A stretch of DNA of 43,340 nt from Macrostomum lignano. Taxonomy: Eukaryota. The notes under the pieces are model-generated. The model was not told the origin of the DNA, did no database searches, and saw only the letters and a program-made list of their open reading frames with translations. Both the position numbers and the translations under genes were made by a program. The stretch spans positions 1-43,340 of the forward strand of contig NIVC01002781.1 of NCBI GenBank assembly GCA_002269645.1, given 5' to 3'. Below are positions 1 through 10,184 of the stretch, in pieces (position 1 is the first letter of the stretch; every line of letters starts with the position of its first letter).

Positions 1-260
1 TTAAGGTAATAGAAATTTTTTAATACATACTTTTATTGTCAATAGGAGTTAAAATATGCAAAAAATAGTTTCAGATAAAAGACTAATGAATGTTATACTA
101 TATTATAAACATTATTCTCATGTTTAGCTGATACTATTTTTAGTAATGGATGTATCTAATAGTGTCTTAATTCATAAATTATTGGATATTTCAGAACTAA
201 GTATATATCAAATACCACTCAAACAATCAAATAATATAATAAGCTTTAATCAACCAAAGC

Positions 261-606
261 ATGGCTGGTTCAGTTGAGCCCTATGACACTCATACTGGCC
301 AAAGAATCTGCCTTGTTATTCGGGACTGGCAATAGCTTCATTGAATGGAATTCCTTCAATATTTGAAAGTCTTGGCTTTAGAACTAAATACCAAGACCTG
401 CCTAATGGACTGGCCGATGACTGGCTAAGTACAGAGCTCATGAAATATGCCAATGAGACTGAAGCTGTTTTGTTTTGTACTTTGCTGGCTGCTGCCTATG
501 CAATTATCAACTGACTATCAATGGAGCACCATTTGATTTTCACTCAGTTATTGAACCATTTATGACATCCACTCAGTGGAAAGGAAGCCAAAGATTTCTT
601 TTTCAG
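261..606 (+). CDS. Caspase-like module 1, exon 1 (p20-like half), frameshifted as assembled
   Basis: ATG at 261. With -1 shifts at about 321-325 and 481-483 it reads MAGSVEPYDTHTGQRICLVIRG-LAIASLNGIPSIFESLGF...EAVLFCTFAGCCLCNYQLTINGAPFDFHSVIEPFMTSTQWKGSQRFLFQ. This aligns by eye with module 3 (LCVLYR, AFDSLQF, LSGC, DFDRLLEPFSKSPVWRCKPKVFIVQ). It ends in phase 0 at CAG|GTGAGA (donor 607). Could be a pseudogene. Confidence 0.6.
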
Positions 607-921
607 GTGAGAATGACCCACCTGGCTGGTTAATTTTTTTTGTAAATGATAAGCTAGTTAAAATCCAACATTTTACATTTTAAAATACTTTTTATTGTAA
701 CCCAATTAGAATTTTATAAATCATGACCTTACTAACCTTATGTTTCATAACTCATTTTTTTAGTCCCATCTTCTTATGAACCTTATATAACCTTACTAGG
801 TATGGCCAGATGATATTGCATTCTTTACCTAACATACCTGATCCTGAAATACATGTACCTGACCTCAACTTACTTGACCCAATCTAATTTACCTGACTAA
901 CCATGACCTGATCTACCTGAA

Positions 922-1415
922 CTAGAACCTGAATTAACCCAACCCTGACCTAGACCTGAATTAACCCAACCCTGACCTAGACCTGAATTAACCCAACCCT
1001 GACTAGACCTGAATTAACCCAACCCTGACCTAGACCTGAATTAACCCAACCCTGACCTAGACCTGAATTAACCCAACCCTGACTAGACCTGAATTAACCC
1101 AACCCTGACCTGACTACCAGGTCTGTGACCTTGACCTCTGTGACTCTGACCTGACCTACCTGCCTTGACACACCTGATCATGACCTGACCCTGACCTACA
1201 TGATCTGACACTGGCCTATTTGACCTTGACCTGACGTGACCTACCTGACCCTGACCTGACAGAACTGACCCTGACCTGACCCTGACCTGACCCTAACCTA
1301 CCTGACCCTGACCTACCTGACCCTAACCTACCTGACCCTACCTACCTGACTCCAACCTACCTAACCCTGACCTACCTGACCCTGACCTGACCCTGGTCTG
1401 ACCCTGACTTGACCT
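922..1415. repeat. 27-bp minisatellite grading into degenerate (CCTGA)n, in the intron of module 1
   Basis: About 7 copies of TAGACCTGAATTAACCCAACCCTGACC, followed by CCTGACCTA-type units. Confidence 0.9.
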
Positions 1416-1436
1416 ACTTAGCCTCCCCTCGCGCAG

Positions 1437-1739
1437 GTGAGCCGCACGAAGCCGCTGCTCCCACGGACGCGGGCCAATCGGCCCCGGCTATTCCGAGACA
1501 TTCCCTGCCAGTTGGACCGACTTTGCGGTCATCCGCGCCGGCGAGCACCTGACGGAGGCCGTCCGGTCTGCCCTGCAGGACAAGGCGGTCGCAAGGCAGG
1601 ACTTCCGGTTCGATGTGGTGCAGCGAATTCACGAGAACTATAGCCAGCAGCTTGAGCATGGAGTCAGTCCGGACTTCTTTGCCAGCACCGGGCTCTGCTG
1701 AAACCGCTGTACCTTATGAGTACAAGTATTTATCGATAG
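1437..1739 (+). CDS. Caspase-like module 1, exon 2 (linker plus p10-like half), frameshifted as assembled
   Basis: Acceptor cctcccctcgcgcag| ends at 1436. Successive frames give VSR / EAAAPTDAGQSAPAIPRHSLPVG / TDFAVIRAGEHLTEAVRSAL...SPDFFASTG / LLKPLYL, stop TAG 1737-1739. Matches caspase p10 motifs (xPxxxDF and STLTKKLYF-like end). Needs three -1 shifts; without the last one it stops at 1701. Confidence 0.55.
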
Positions 1740-1959
1740 AATACCCTGTATCTATTAGAGGACTTATATTAGAGAATTTATAGTAGAGGACTTTTATACA
1801 TAATCTCGCCTCTTCCACTGGCTGTTCCGGTCTGAAAATTTATAAATATATAGTGCCTTGCCAAGTGATCTTTTTCAAATTTCAATAGTTTTGTTGCGAT
1901 TTATAATTAATGAGTCAGTGACCCCACAATACCATGACCTGGAGAATGATCTACTTACT

Positions 1960-2605
1960 GACCTATGATAAATGACCAATGACCCGTGATGGAAGAGCAG
2001 GAGGACCACTGACCCATTACGAATGACCCACTGACCATGATGACTGACCCACTGACCCATGACGACTGACCCACTAACCATGATGACTGACCCACTGACC
2101 CATGATGACTAGCCCACTGACCTACGGTGAATGACCCACTGACCAATGGCACACTGACCAATGACGACTGACCCACTGACCCATGATGACTGGCTCACTG
2201 ACCATGATGACTGGCTCACTGACCTACGCGTGAATGACCCACTGATCCATGACGAATGGCACACTGACCCATGACCACTGGCTCACTGACCCATGATGAC
2301 TGACCCACTGACCCATGACCGCTGCTCACTGTCGACTCACAATGAATGATCCACTGACCCATGACGAATGACCCACTGATCCATGATGACTGACCCACTG
2401 ACCCATGATGACTGACCCACTGACCCATGATGACTGACCCACTGACCCATGACGAATGACCACTGACCCATGATGATTGACCCACTGACCCATGATGACT
2501 GGCCACTGTCGACCCACAGTGAATGACCTGCTCTCGACCCACAGTGAATGACCCACTGTCGACCCACAGTGAATGACCCACTGACCCGTGATGAATGACC
2601 CACAG
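1960..2605. repeat. Degenerate ~22-bp minisatellite (TGACTGACCCACTGACCCATGA)
   Basis: Tandem units visible directly. Confidence 0.9.
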
Positions 2606-2641
2606 CCCAACCCTGATCCTAAATGCCTCCAACCCTTGCAG

Positions 2642-3005
2642 CAGTCCGACCGGCACCCACATGCAGCAGATCCCGACGAGCTGCTGGCTGCCTACCCGCT
2701 CTCCAGACGAGGCCACTGCCTCATCGCCACCATGAAATTCGGCGACTGTTCACCGCCCTTCAAAGCCGACCTGCCGGCCCGGGCCGAAGACTACGAGCGC
2801 GCCCTGCTGGGCCTCGGCTTCGACAAGCAACGAATCGTCCGTTGGACGACGTGAACTCCGGGTCGGTGAACTCTGAGCTCGGCCGGCTGGCAGCGTCAGC
2901 CGAACACAACCCGCTGGACTGTCTGGTGGTCATCCTGATCTGCGAGTACGGCTTCCTTCTGACGCCGCCGTCGGGGGTGGTTCACCGGGCGTCAGGTCGG
3001 AGCAG
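2642..3005 (+). CDS. Caspase-like module 2, first identified exon (p20 N-terminal half), frameshifted
   Basis: Acceptor ccaacccttgcag| ends at 2641 (tandem CAG|CAG). Reads AYPLSRRGHCLIATMKF...YERALLGLGFDKQRIVR / LDDVNSGSVNSELGRLAASAEHNPLDCLVVILICEYG, a typical caspase p20 start, with ICEYG where SHG is expected. Donor CAG|GTGGGC at 3006. -1 shifts at about 2842 and somewhere in 2950-3003. Confidence 0.7.
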
Positions 3006-3044
3006 GTGGGCTGTTAATGCATTCGCTTCTTAATCGAAATCCTG

Positions 3045-3625
3045 CTCACAATCCCCTGACCCACAATCCCTGACCCACAATCACCTGACCCACAATCCTT
3101 TGACCCACAATCCCTGACCCACAATCCCTGACCCACAATCACCTGACCCACAATCCCTGACCCACAATCCCCTGACCCTCAATCCCTGACCCACAATCCC
3201 CTGACCCACAATCCCTGACCCACAATTCCCTAACCCACAATCCCCTGACCCACAATCCCCGGACCCGCAATCCCCTGACCACAATCCCCTGACCCACAAT
3301 GGCCCTGACCCACAATCCCCTGACCCTCAATCCCCTGACCACAATCACCTGACCCAAAATCCCCTGACCCACAATCTCCTGACCCGCAATCCCCTGACCG
3401 CAATCCCTGACCCACAATTCCCTAACCACAATCCCCTGACCCACAATCCCCGGACCCGCAATCCCTGACACACAATCCCCTGACCCACAATGGCCCTGAC
3501 CCTCAATCCCTGACCCACAATCACCTGACCCACAATCCCCTGACCCGCAATCCCCTGACCTGCAATCCCCTGACCCACAATCCCCTGACCCACAATCCCC
3601 TGACACGCAATCCCCTGACCCAAAA
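3045..3625. repeat. 14/15-bp minisatellite (ACAATCCCCTGACCC), in the intron of module 2
   Basis: About 40 units with variable C-run length. Confidence 0.95.
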
Positions 3626-3644
3626 TCCCATCCCCGCTCTGCAG

Positions 3645-4218
3645 GGCATGGACTCCGGCTACTATCGCTACGGCAGCAGCAGGTACAGCGTCCCTAGCAA
3701 CCAAACCGACGCCGTCCTGGAGAACCCGCTGCGCCCGAAACTTCGCCTGCACGAGGAGGTGTTCAGCCGGTTTAGCTCGGACCGCTGTCCAGCCCTGGCC
3801 GGCAAGCCGCGTCTGTTCATCGTGCACACCCGCGCGAAATGGAACGCCTGGACTGTATGCAGCGAATTCGCCGGCACCACTTTGGTTTCATGCTGAACCC
3901 CGGGCGGCTGGAAGAGTACATCTCCCTGACCCGCTGCCAGGAGTTTCAGCTGGGCCCAGACTTCTACATCCTGTATGCGCCGCTGCCCTTCATGGACAGC
4001 CATCGGTGCCGAACCCGGCCCAGGAGCTGGCCAAGGCGATGCTGACAGCAGGACAGCAAAATTCTGACCGCGGCGCCGAGCTGACGGACATGGTGCTGGA
4101 GCTGATGGCCAAGGTGGGAGACAGCGGTTGCGCCGAGATCGCCATGCCGAAGGTGTTCAGCACCCTGACTAAGCTGGTGCGGTTCCCTGCCAGCGACGGT
4201 CGGGTCGGTCGCTATTAG
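3645..4218 (+). CDS. Caspase-like module 2, last exon (end of p20 plus p10), frameshifted
   Basis: Acceptor tccccgctctgcag| ends at 3644. Reads VFSRFSSDRCPALAGKPRLFIVHT / ...QLGPDFYILYAP / ...ELTDMVLELMAKV...AMPKVFSTLTKLVRFP, stop at 4218. ORFs 3648, 3839 and 4006 join by -1 shifts near 3828-3839 and 4005. Confidence 0.75.
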
Positions 4219-4518
4219 CTTAGATCGGCGCAGGTTTTTAAACTGGTGCCATTAATACGAATTTCAAATGCTGTGTTTTTTACTAACAATAAGTAGCATA
4301 GTTAGTACGCTGTCTTTTCGAATTTAGGAAAACTGTTTTATAATTTTGACATGGAGTCAAACGGAGTCTTAAAAAAGTTTTTTTATCAGTAAAATACAAT
4401 TGTGTAGAGATTTTTATTGACAAATGGCAGCCTTGTTTACTTTTTTACGCGTAGATTAACAGGCAGGATGGTACACAGAAGGGTAGGCAGACGGACAGAC
4501 AGTGACAAAAACAAAAAG

Positions 4519-4534
4519 GCAGACACAGACAGAC

Positions 4535-4599
<65 letters not shown>

Positions 4600-4612
4600 A
4601 AGACAGACAGGC

Positions 4613-4679
<67 letters not shown>

Positions 4680-4763
4680 GAGGCAGACAGGCAGAGACGG
4701 GCAGGCAGTCAGACAGACAGACAGACAGACAAACAAACAGACAGACAGACAGACAGACAGACC

Positions 4764-4803
<40 letters not shown>

Positions 4804-4890
4804 GGCAGACAGACAGGCAAACAGACAGGCAGACAGACAGACAGACAGACAGACAGGCAGGCAGGCAGACAGGCAAACAGACAGACAGGC

Positions 4891-4969
<79 letters not shown>

Positions 4970-5016
4970 GACAGACAGGCAAACAGACAGACAGACAGGC
5001 AAACAGACAGACACAG
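4519..5016. repeat. (GACA)n microsatellite
   Basis: Direct observation. Confidence 0.98.
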
Positions 5017-5044
5017 TCAGCCGCACCCCGCCGCAGCCCCGGCC

Positions 5045-5716
5045 ATGCCGCAGCAGTACCCGTGCAGCCGGAAGCTCTGCGTGCTGTATCGCGACAATCC
5101 CCGGGTCCGACTGCAGCCGATGCGCGACGCCTTCGACAGCCTCCAGTTCGAGCGCCGGGAGCGCAACGTGCTGAGTGGCGAGACCAACCGGGAGGTGTAC
5201 GAGTACTTCGATACCCTCGCCGACGATCAGAGCTGCGACGTGTACGATTGTCTGGTGGTCGGCCTGTCGGGCTGCTACAACGCCCTGGACGGCTGGGGCA
5301 TCAACGTGTCGGGCCTGGACGTGGACTTTGACCGCCTGTTGGAGCCGTTCAGCAAGTCCCCGGTGTGGCGCTGCAAGCCCAAGGTGTTCATCGTTCAGTA
5401 CGATAACGAAGGCCTGCTGACTAAGTCGAGGATCTGCTGCGACGCCAACAGGCTGCCGAATGGGTCGCAGGCGGCTGCGGCCAGCGGCCTTCCCGTCTTC
5501 GCTGACACGGCACTGGTGCTGGGGCATGGCGGCCCACAGTTCACCGTCACCCTGTGCGATTTAGTCACCAAGTTTGGCAACCAGCTGGAGTTTCACCAGC
5601 TCATGACTCTGGTGAACCAGCGGGTTCTGCAGCTGCCGAGGCCTGACGATATGGCGCCCTGGTCTGTGGGAGTCGTCAGCCACCTCACCAAGAAGCTCTA
5701 TCTCGGTCAGGTATGA
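5045..5716 (+). CDS. Caspase-like module 3, intact p20+p10 fold, predicted catalytically inactive (223 aa from ATG 5045)
   Basis: Uninterrupted GC-rich ORF starting gccATG. Motifs FDSLQF, DCLVVGLSGC (His absent), KPKVFIVQYDNEG (QACRG absent), LPVFADT, LEFHQLMTLVNQRV, VSHLTKKLYL. May extend 5' through an acceptor at 5020. Confidence 0.8.
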   Translation: MPQQYPCSRKLCVLYRDNPRVRLQPMRDAFDSLQFERRERNVLSGETNREVYEYFDTLADDQSCDVYDCLVVGLSGCYNALDGWGINVSGLDVDFDRLLEPFSKSPVWRCKPKVFIVQYDNEGLLTKSRICCDANRLPNGSQAAAASGLPVFADTALVLGHGGPQFTVTLCDLVTKFGNQLEFHQLMTLVNQRVLQLPRPDDMAPWSVGVVSHLTKKLYLGQV

Positions 5717-5764
5717 TAGACTCGCATCTCAGTCTGCCAGTGCCAACTGTCTGCTTCCTGTTTA

Positions 5765-5885
5765 CTCTCATCTCTCTTTTCCCTCTTCTCCCTTTCTTCT
5801 CCCCTCTCTCTCTCTCTTCTCTCTCTCTTCTCCCCTCTCTTCTCTCCCTCTCTTTTCTCTCTATTCTTTCTTTTTTGTCTCTCTT
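5765..5885. repeat. CT-rich low-complexity tract
   Basis: Direct observation. Confidence 0.85.
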
Positions 5886-6533
5886 TTACCGATTGTGAAT
5901 GAAAGTGAACCAAATCGCTGAGCTCAAAACAGAAAAGACTGCACCTTTGGTTCAAGTCCCATTTTTTGTCCAACTCTCGCCCTCAATATTGTAGACACTT
6001 GTTTATGATACTGTACATATCGGAGATTGACTGACTACGCTCGTAAACAGTTGCACTCATAAGGTAATCGCACTGTGAATACTGATTAAGTGTTCAGTTT
6101 TCTCCAAATTTAATTACATCATTCAGTTGCTGCTAACACACTGCTTACATACCACATTGCGTCAATATAAATGTATCTTGTTAGCTACACGCAAACTTAT
6201 TCCGAACTCTAAATGTGTTTTGTGGATATATTTATACTCGTATGTTTAAATCAGCCTTCTCAACTCTGATTCCGTGTGCCATGCTTTCAGATCTTTAAAT
6301 GATATATTTGTCTGTCTATATCTATTTATTATATGATAAGTAATATTTTTATAAGATTAAAGGCTAAATTGCCACTTTTAATAAGATGATTTGGGTGTTT
6401 TCGTGTTAAGAAGACTGTTTTATTTACAGTATACATGTATAGCTACGTACGCAATGATAAACAAGTCTAAAACGTAACAAATTAAACTTTAAAATCGATA
6501 GAGGTTGGCTGTTTGACGTTGAAATTAAAATTC

Positions 6534-6845
6534 TAGCCAATAGGAATACAGGACGAAGTGGCCGGGAGTGGGGATGGGTGCAATCAAGGAGCTAGCCAAT
6601 AGGAATGCAGGAAGACGGAGGGGCTGGGGAGTGGGGTGGGTGCAATCCAGAGCCAGCCACTAGGAATGCAGGAAGACGGAGGGGCTGGGGAGTGGGGTGG
6701 GTGCAATCCAGAGCCAGCCACTAGGAATGCAGGAAGACGGAGGGGCTGGGGAGTGGGGTGGGTACAATCCAGAGCCAGCCACTAGGCATGCAGAAAGACG
6801 GAGTGGCTGGGGAATGGGGTGGGTACAATCTAGAGCCAGCAAATA
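6534..6845. repeat. 61-bp minisatellite, about 5 copies
   Basis: AGGAATGCAG recurs at 6601, 6662 and 6723. Confidence 0.9.
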
Positions 6846-7329
6846 GGATTCGATAGTGGTGGGTTTTGATAAAAAGTTTCTACCACAAACTAGCAGATCT
6901 GATGGCAGAAACATGCATTGAAGTACGAGTTTCACCCCAGGCAAATTGGTGTAAATTTCGCCACACAGAATGCGCGGCCACAAAGCGTGGTTTCGTGACT
7001 GGCAGTGATTATTGCCTTGGCTTACTAACTGACTAGCCAAGCTTTCAATCTGCGCACAGAGTAGAAACACAGCCTGCCACCCAGCACGGACTCCAGCAGT
7101 TTCCGGTGACAGTGACAGTTGAGGATGAAATATACTATCTGGATCTGTCATCGGGTCGTCAGGGCCCGCTCGCTAGCTGTCAATTTGAGTAGAGAAACTG
7201 TGAGAGCCTTGCGGCTGCGGGGAGTTCCAGCTACTGCAGGCTAAAGGCTAATTGTACCCCGCTTCGGTGTCAGCACTTTCCGCGTAGAATTGATTCAATA
7301 TCGAAGCTGCAGTGTGAATGAAGGGCAAG

Positions 7330-8155
7330 AGTAAGGGGGAAAGTGTGAGGGTAGAGTGTGACGGAGTCTTAGCGAGAGTCTGAGGGAGAGTCTGAGGAAG
7401 AGTGTAAGGGAGAGTCTGAGGAAGAGTGTAAGGGAGAGTCTGAGGGAGAGTCTGAGGAAGAGTGTAAGGGAGAGTCTGAGGGAGAGTCTGAGTGTAGAGT
7501 CTGAGGAAGAGTGTAAGGGAGAGTCTGAGGGAGAGTCTGAGGAAGAGTGTAAGGGAGAGTCTGAGGGAGAGTCTGAGGAAGAGTGTAAGGGAAGAGTCTG
7601 AGGGAGAGTCTGAGGGTAGAGTCTGAGGGAGAGTCTGAGGGTAGAGTCTGAGGGAGAGTCTGAGGGTAGAGTCTGAGGGAGAGTGTGAAGAGTATCTGAA
7701 GGAGAGTCTGAGGGAGAGTCTGAGGGAGAGTCTGAGGGAGAGTCTGAGGGAGAGTCTGAGGGTAGAGTCTGAGGGAGAGTGTGAAGAGTATCTGAAGGAG
7801 AGTCTGAGGGAGAGTCTGAGGGAGAGTCTGAGGGAGAGTCTGAGGGAGAGTCTGAGGGAGAGTGTGAAGAGTATCTGAAGGAGAGTCTGAGGAGAGAGTC
7901 TGAGGGAGAGTCTGAGGGAGATTGTGAGGGGAGAGTCGGGGAGAGTCTGATAGAGAATCTGAGCTAGGAGAGAGTCTGAAGGAAAGTGTGAGGGAGGCTG
8001 ATCAGGGGAGAGTCTGGGGAGGTCTGAGGGAGATTGTGAGGGGAGAGTCGGGGAGAGTCTGATAGAGAATCTGAGCTAGGAGAGAGTCTGAGGGAGAGTG
8101 TGAGGGAGGCTGATCAGGGGAGAGTCTGGGGAAGTCTGAGGGAGGGTGCGAGAGG
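7330..8155. repeat. 12-bp minisatellite (GAGAGTCTGAGG) and variants
   Basis: Direct observation. Confidence 0.95.
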
Positions 8156-9164
8156 AGAGGGAGTAGAGTACGAGGTAGCACGCAGACACTATTAGTGAGA
8201 AGTTCCCAGGCCCTCATCTCAGTTCTCATTTTCAGCCGCAGTCCGCTTAAGTGGCAGCAGTTTCCATCATCATCAACAGCATCATCATGCCCATGCAATA
8301 ATCCGATTTTAGCAGATTCGGTTCGGCTCGCGCCCGAGCCGCTAAGAAAAATCATTATTGATAGTTTATAGGGTCTGGGACTATCAGGGTGGGGGCCGGA
8401 GCCGCGGGTGTCGAGTCGATGAAGCGGAGGCTGCGACTGATACCCGCTATTATGGAGGGAAGCAGCAGATCTGTCTGTCCGCCGCAGCGAAGTTTCTATC
8501 CCAATAGCTCTCCCACTCTCTCTCTCCCCCCCCCCTCAGCGTGTATGGAGAGGATATCGAGTCTGATAGGAAATTGAAATTCGAGCCCGAACTCGCTACA
8601 CACGCCTGGGGAGAGACGTGAAGTGAGAGAGGGGCGCGCGCGGCTGGGTGTTGGCTGATAGATATAGCTGCGGATGGGCACTTGGGCAGTGGGAGTTTAT
8701 CCCCAGCCAGAAATTGCCCCCCCCATACCCCAATTTTCCACTCATTAGCGACTGCGCAGCCGGAGTGTCCGCGGCGGTTTTGGGAGCGTCGGTGTGGCCG
8801 CTATGAATTCGGAGTCGCTGTCACTCCATCTCTCTGTTCCCCCTCTCTCTCAGTCTCCCTGCTCTCATAGAAACCACTTGATACTCAGCAAGGCGGACCG
8901 AAGCTGCTGCTGCTGCCGCCAGTTCATCATGTGCTGCTCTCTTTTCGTAGCCTTAGAATTTCTTGTGGGTTTTTTTTATTTTGCTTGCTTGAAACTCAGT
9001 TAATGTGTGCTTGTTTCTGTACCCTGACTGTCCGTGTGCTGTAGTCCGCTCCGAAGCTGAATCGACATTGAGCCTCTGTTTCTTGTATTGCTGGCAGCCT
9101 GCAACCGTCTCCATCCGCTTCTTCTGTTCGGCTATGAGCCTCTCCAGCAATTTCTGTCCCCTCC

Positions 9165-9362
9165 ACTCTCCTCTCCTCTCCTCTCCTCTCCTCTCCTCTC
9201 CTCTCCTCTCCTCTCCTCTCCTCTCCTCTCCTCTCCTCTCCTCTCCTCTCCTCTCCTCTCCTCTCCTCTCCTCTCCTCTCCTCTCCTCTCCTCTCCTCTC
9301 CTCTCCTCTCCTCTCCTCTCCTCTCCTCTCCTCTCCTCTCCTCTCCTCTCCTCTTCTCTCTT
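9165..9362. repeat. (CTCCT)n pentanucleotide microsatellite
   Basis: Direct observation. Confidence 0.98.
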
Positions 9363-10184
9363 CTCTCCTCTGCCCTCAGCAACACCTGGCAGTGGTGCAT
9401 ATTCAGATCCCAATATCAATCAGTGTTGCAAACAAGAATAGCACTGGATCTGCCTTACCTCACCTCTCTACAAAATTGTCCACTTGGTGTTCGTATAAAA
9501 CACGGCAAATCGCTTTGAACAATCTGCCCGATTGAGTAGACGAGAGGAACCCCTCCCAGACCCCTATAGAAAGCTAACAAGAAGTTGTGGCAGGAGGAGG
9601 CGGATCGCAGATCGGATGTGCCCTGCTCCGAGTCCTCGGCCTCGTTGTTGTGACCACTTCAGAACTAGCTAAAGTTTTGCCTGCTCGTCCCCGGAGCAAG
9701 GGGTCAACTTAAAATCAGGCTGCATATTGAAGTCAATGGGCTCTGTTCAAAAGTTTTCAATCCCGTAGACTGCTGGACGAGGTGCCGAAGCAGTCCTGCG
9801 AATCATTGTGCCACCCACTCAGCCGGTACATCCTGCTTGAGGCCTATTATTGAGCTGCTGGATGCCGCACGCAATACCCGACTCTGTCAGCTCGCAGCCT
9901 GGGGTCTCCGCCCCCTCTCTCTCTCTCTCTCTCTCCTCTCTCGCTGCGCTCTCTCAGTCTCGGAAGTTGTCGTCCAACCCCCCCCTTCCCCGACCCTCTG
10001 CCGAGTTTAATCTCCCGGATCCTCACAAAAAGACGGCGGGGGTCTCCCAGAGGCGGAGCTTCTCAAGTGAGGAGCGGGGCGGAGCCGTAGGATCTCACGG
10101 TTCTCCGATGGGTTTTGAGAATCTCGCAGCTCACGCTAGTGGGAATTAATGAGCGAGGAAGCTGCGCAGCTGAGCTGGAAGAGA

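Noticed and set aside
4417-5044. N-terminal TDRQ/RQTD repeats of ORFs 4417..5331 and 4502..5716
   Set aside because: Translation of (GACA)n; caspase similarity begins only near 5045.
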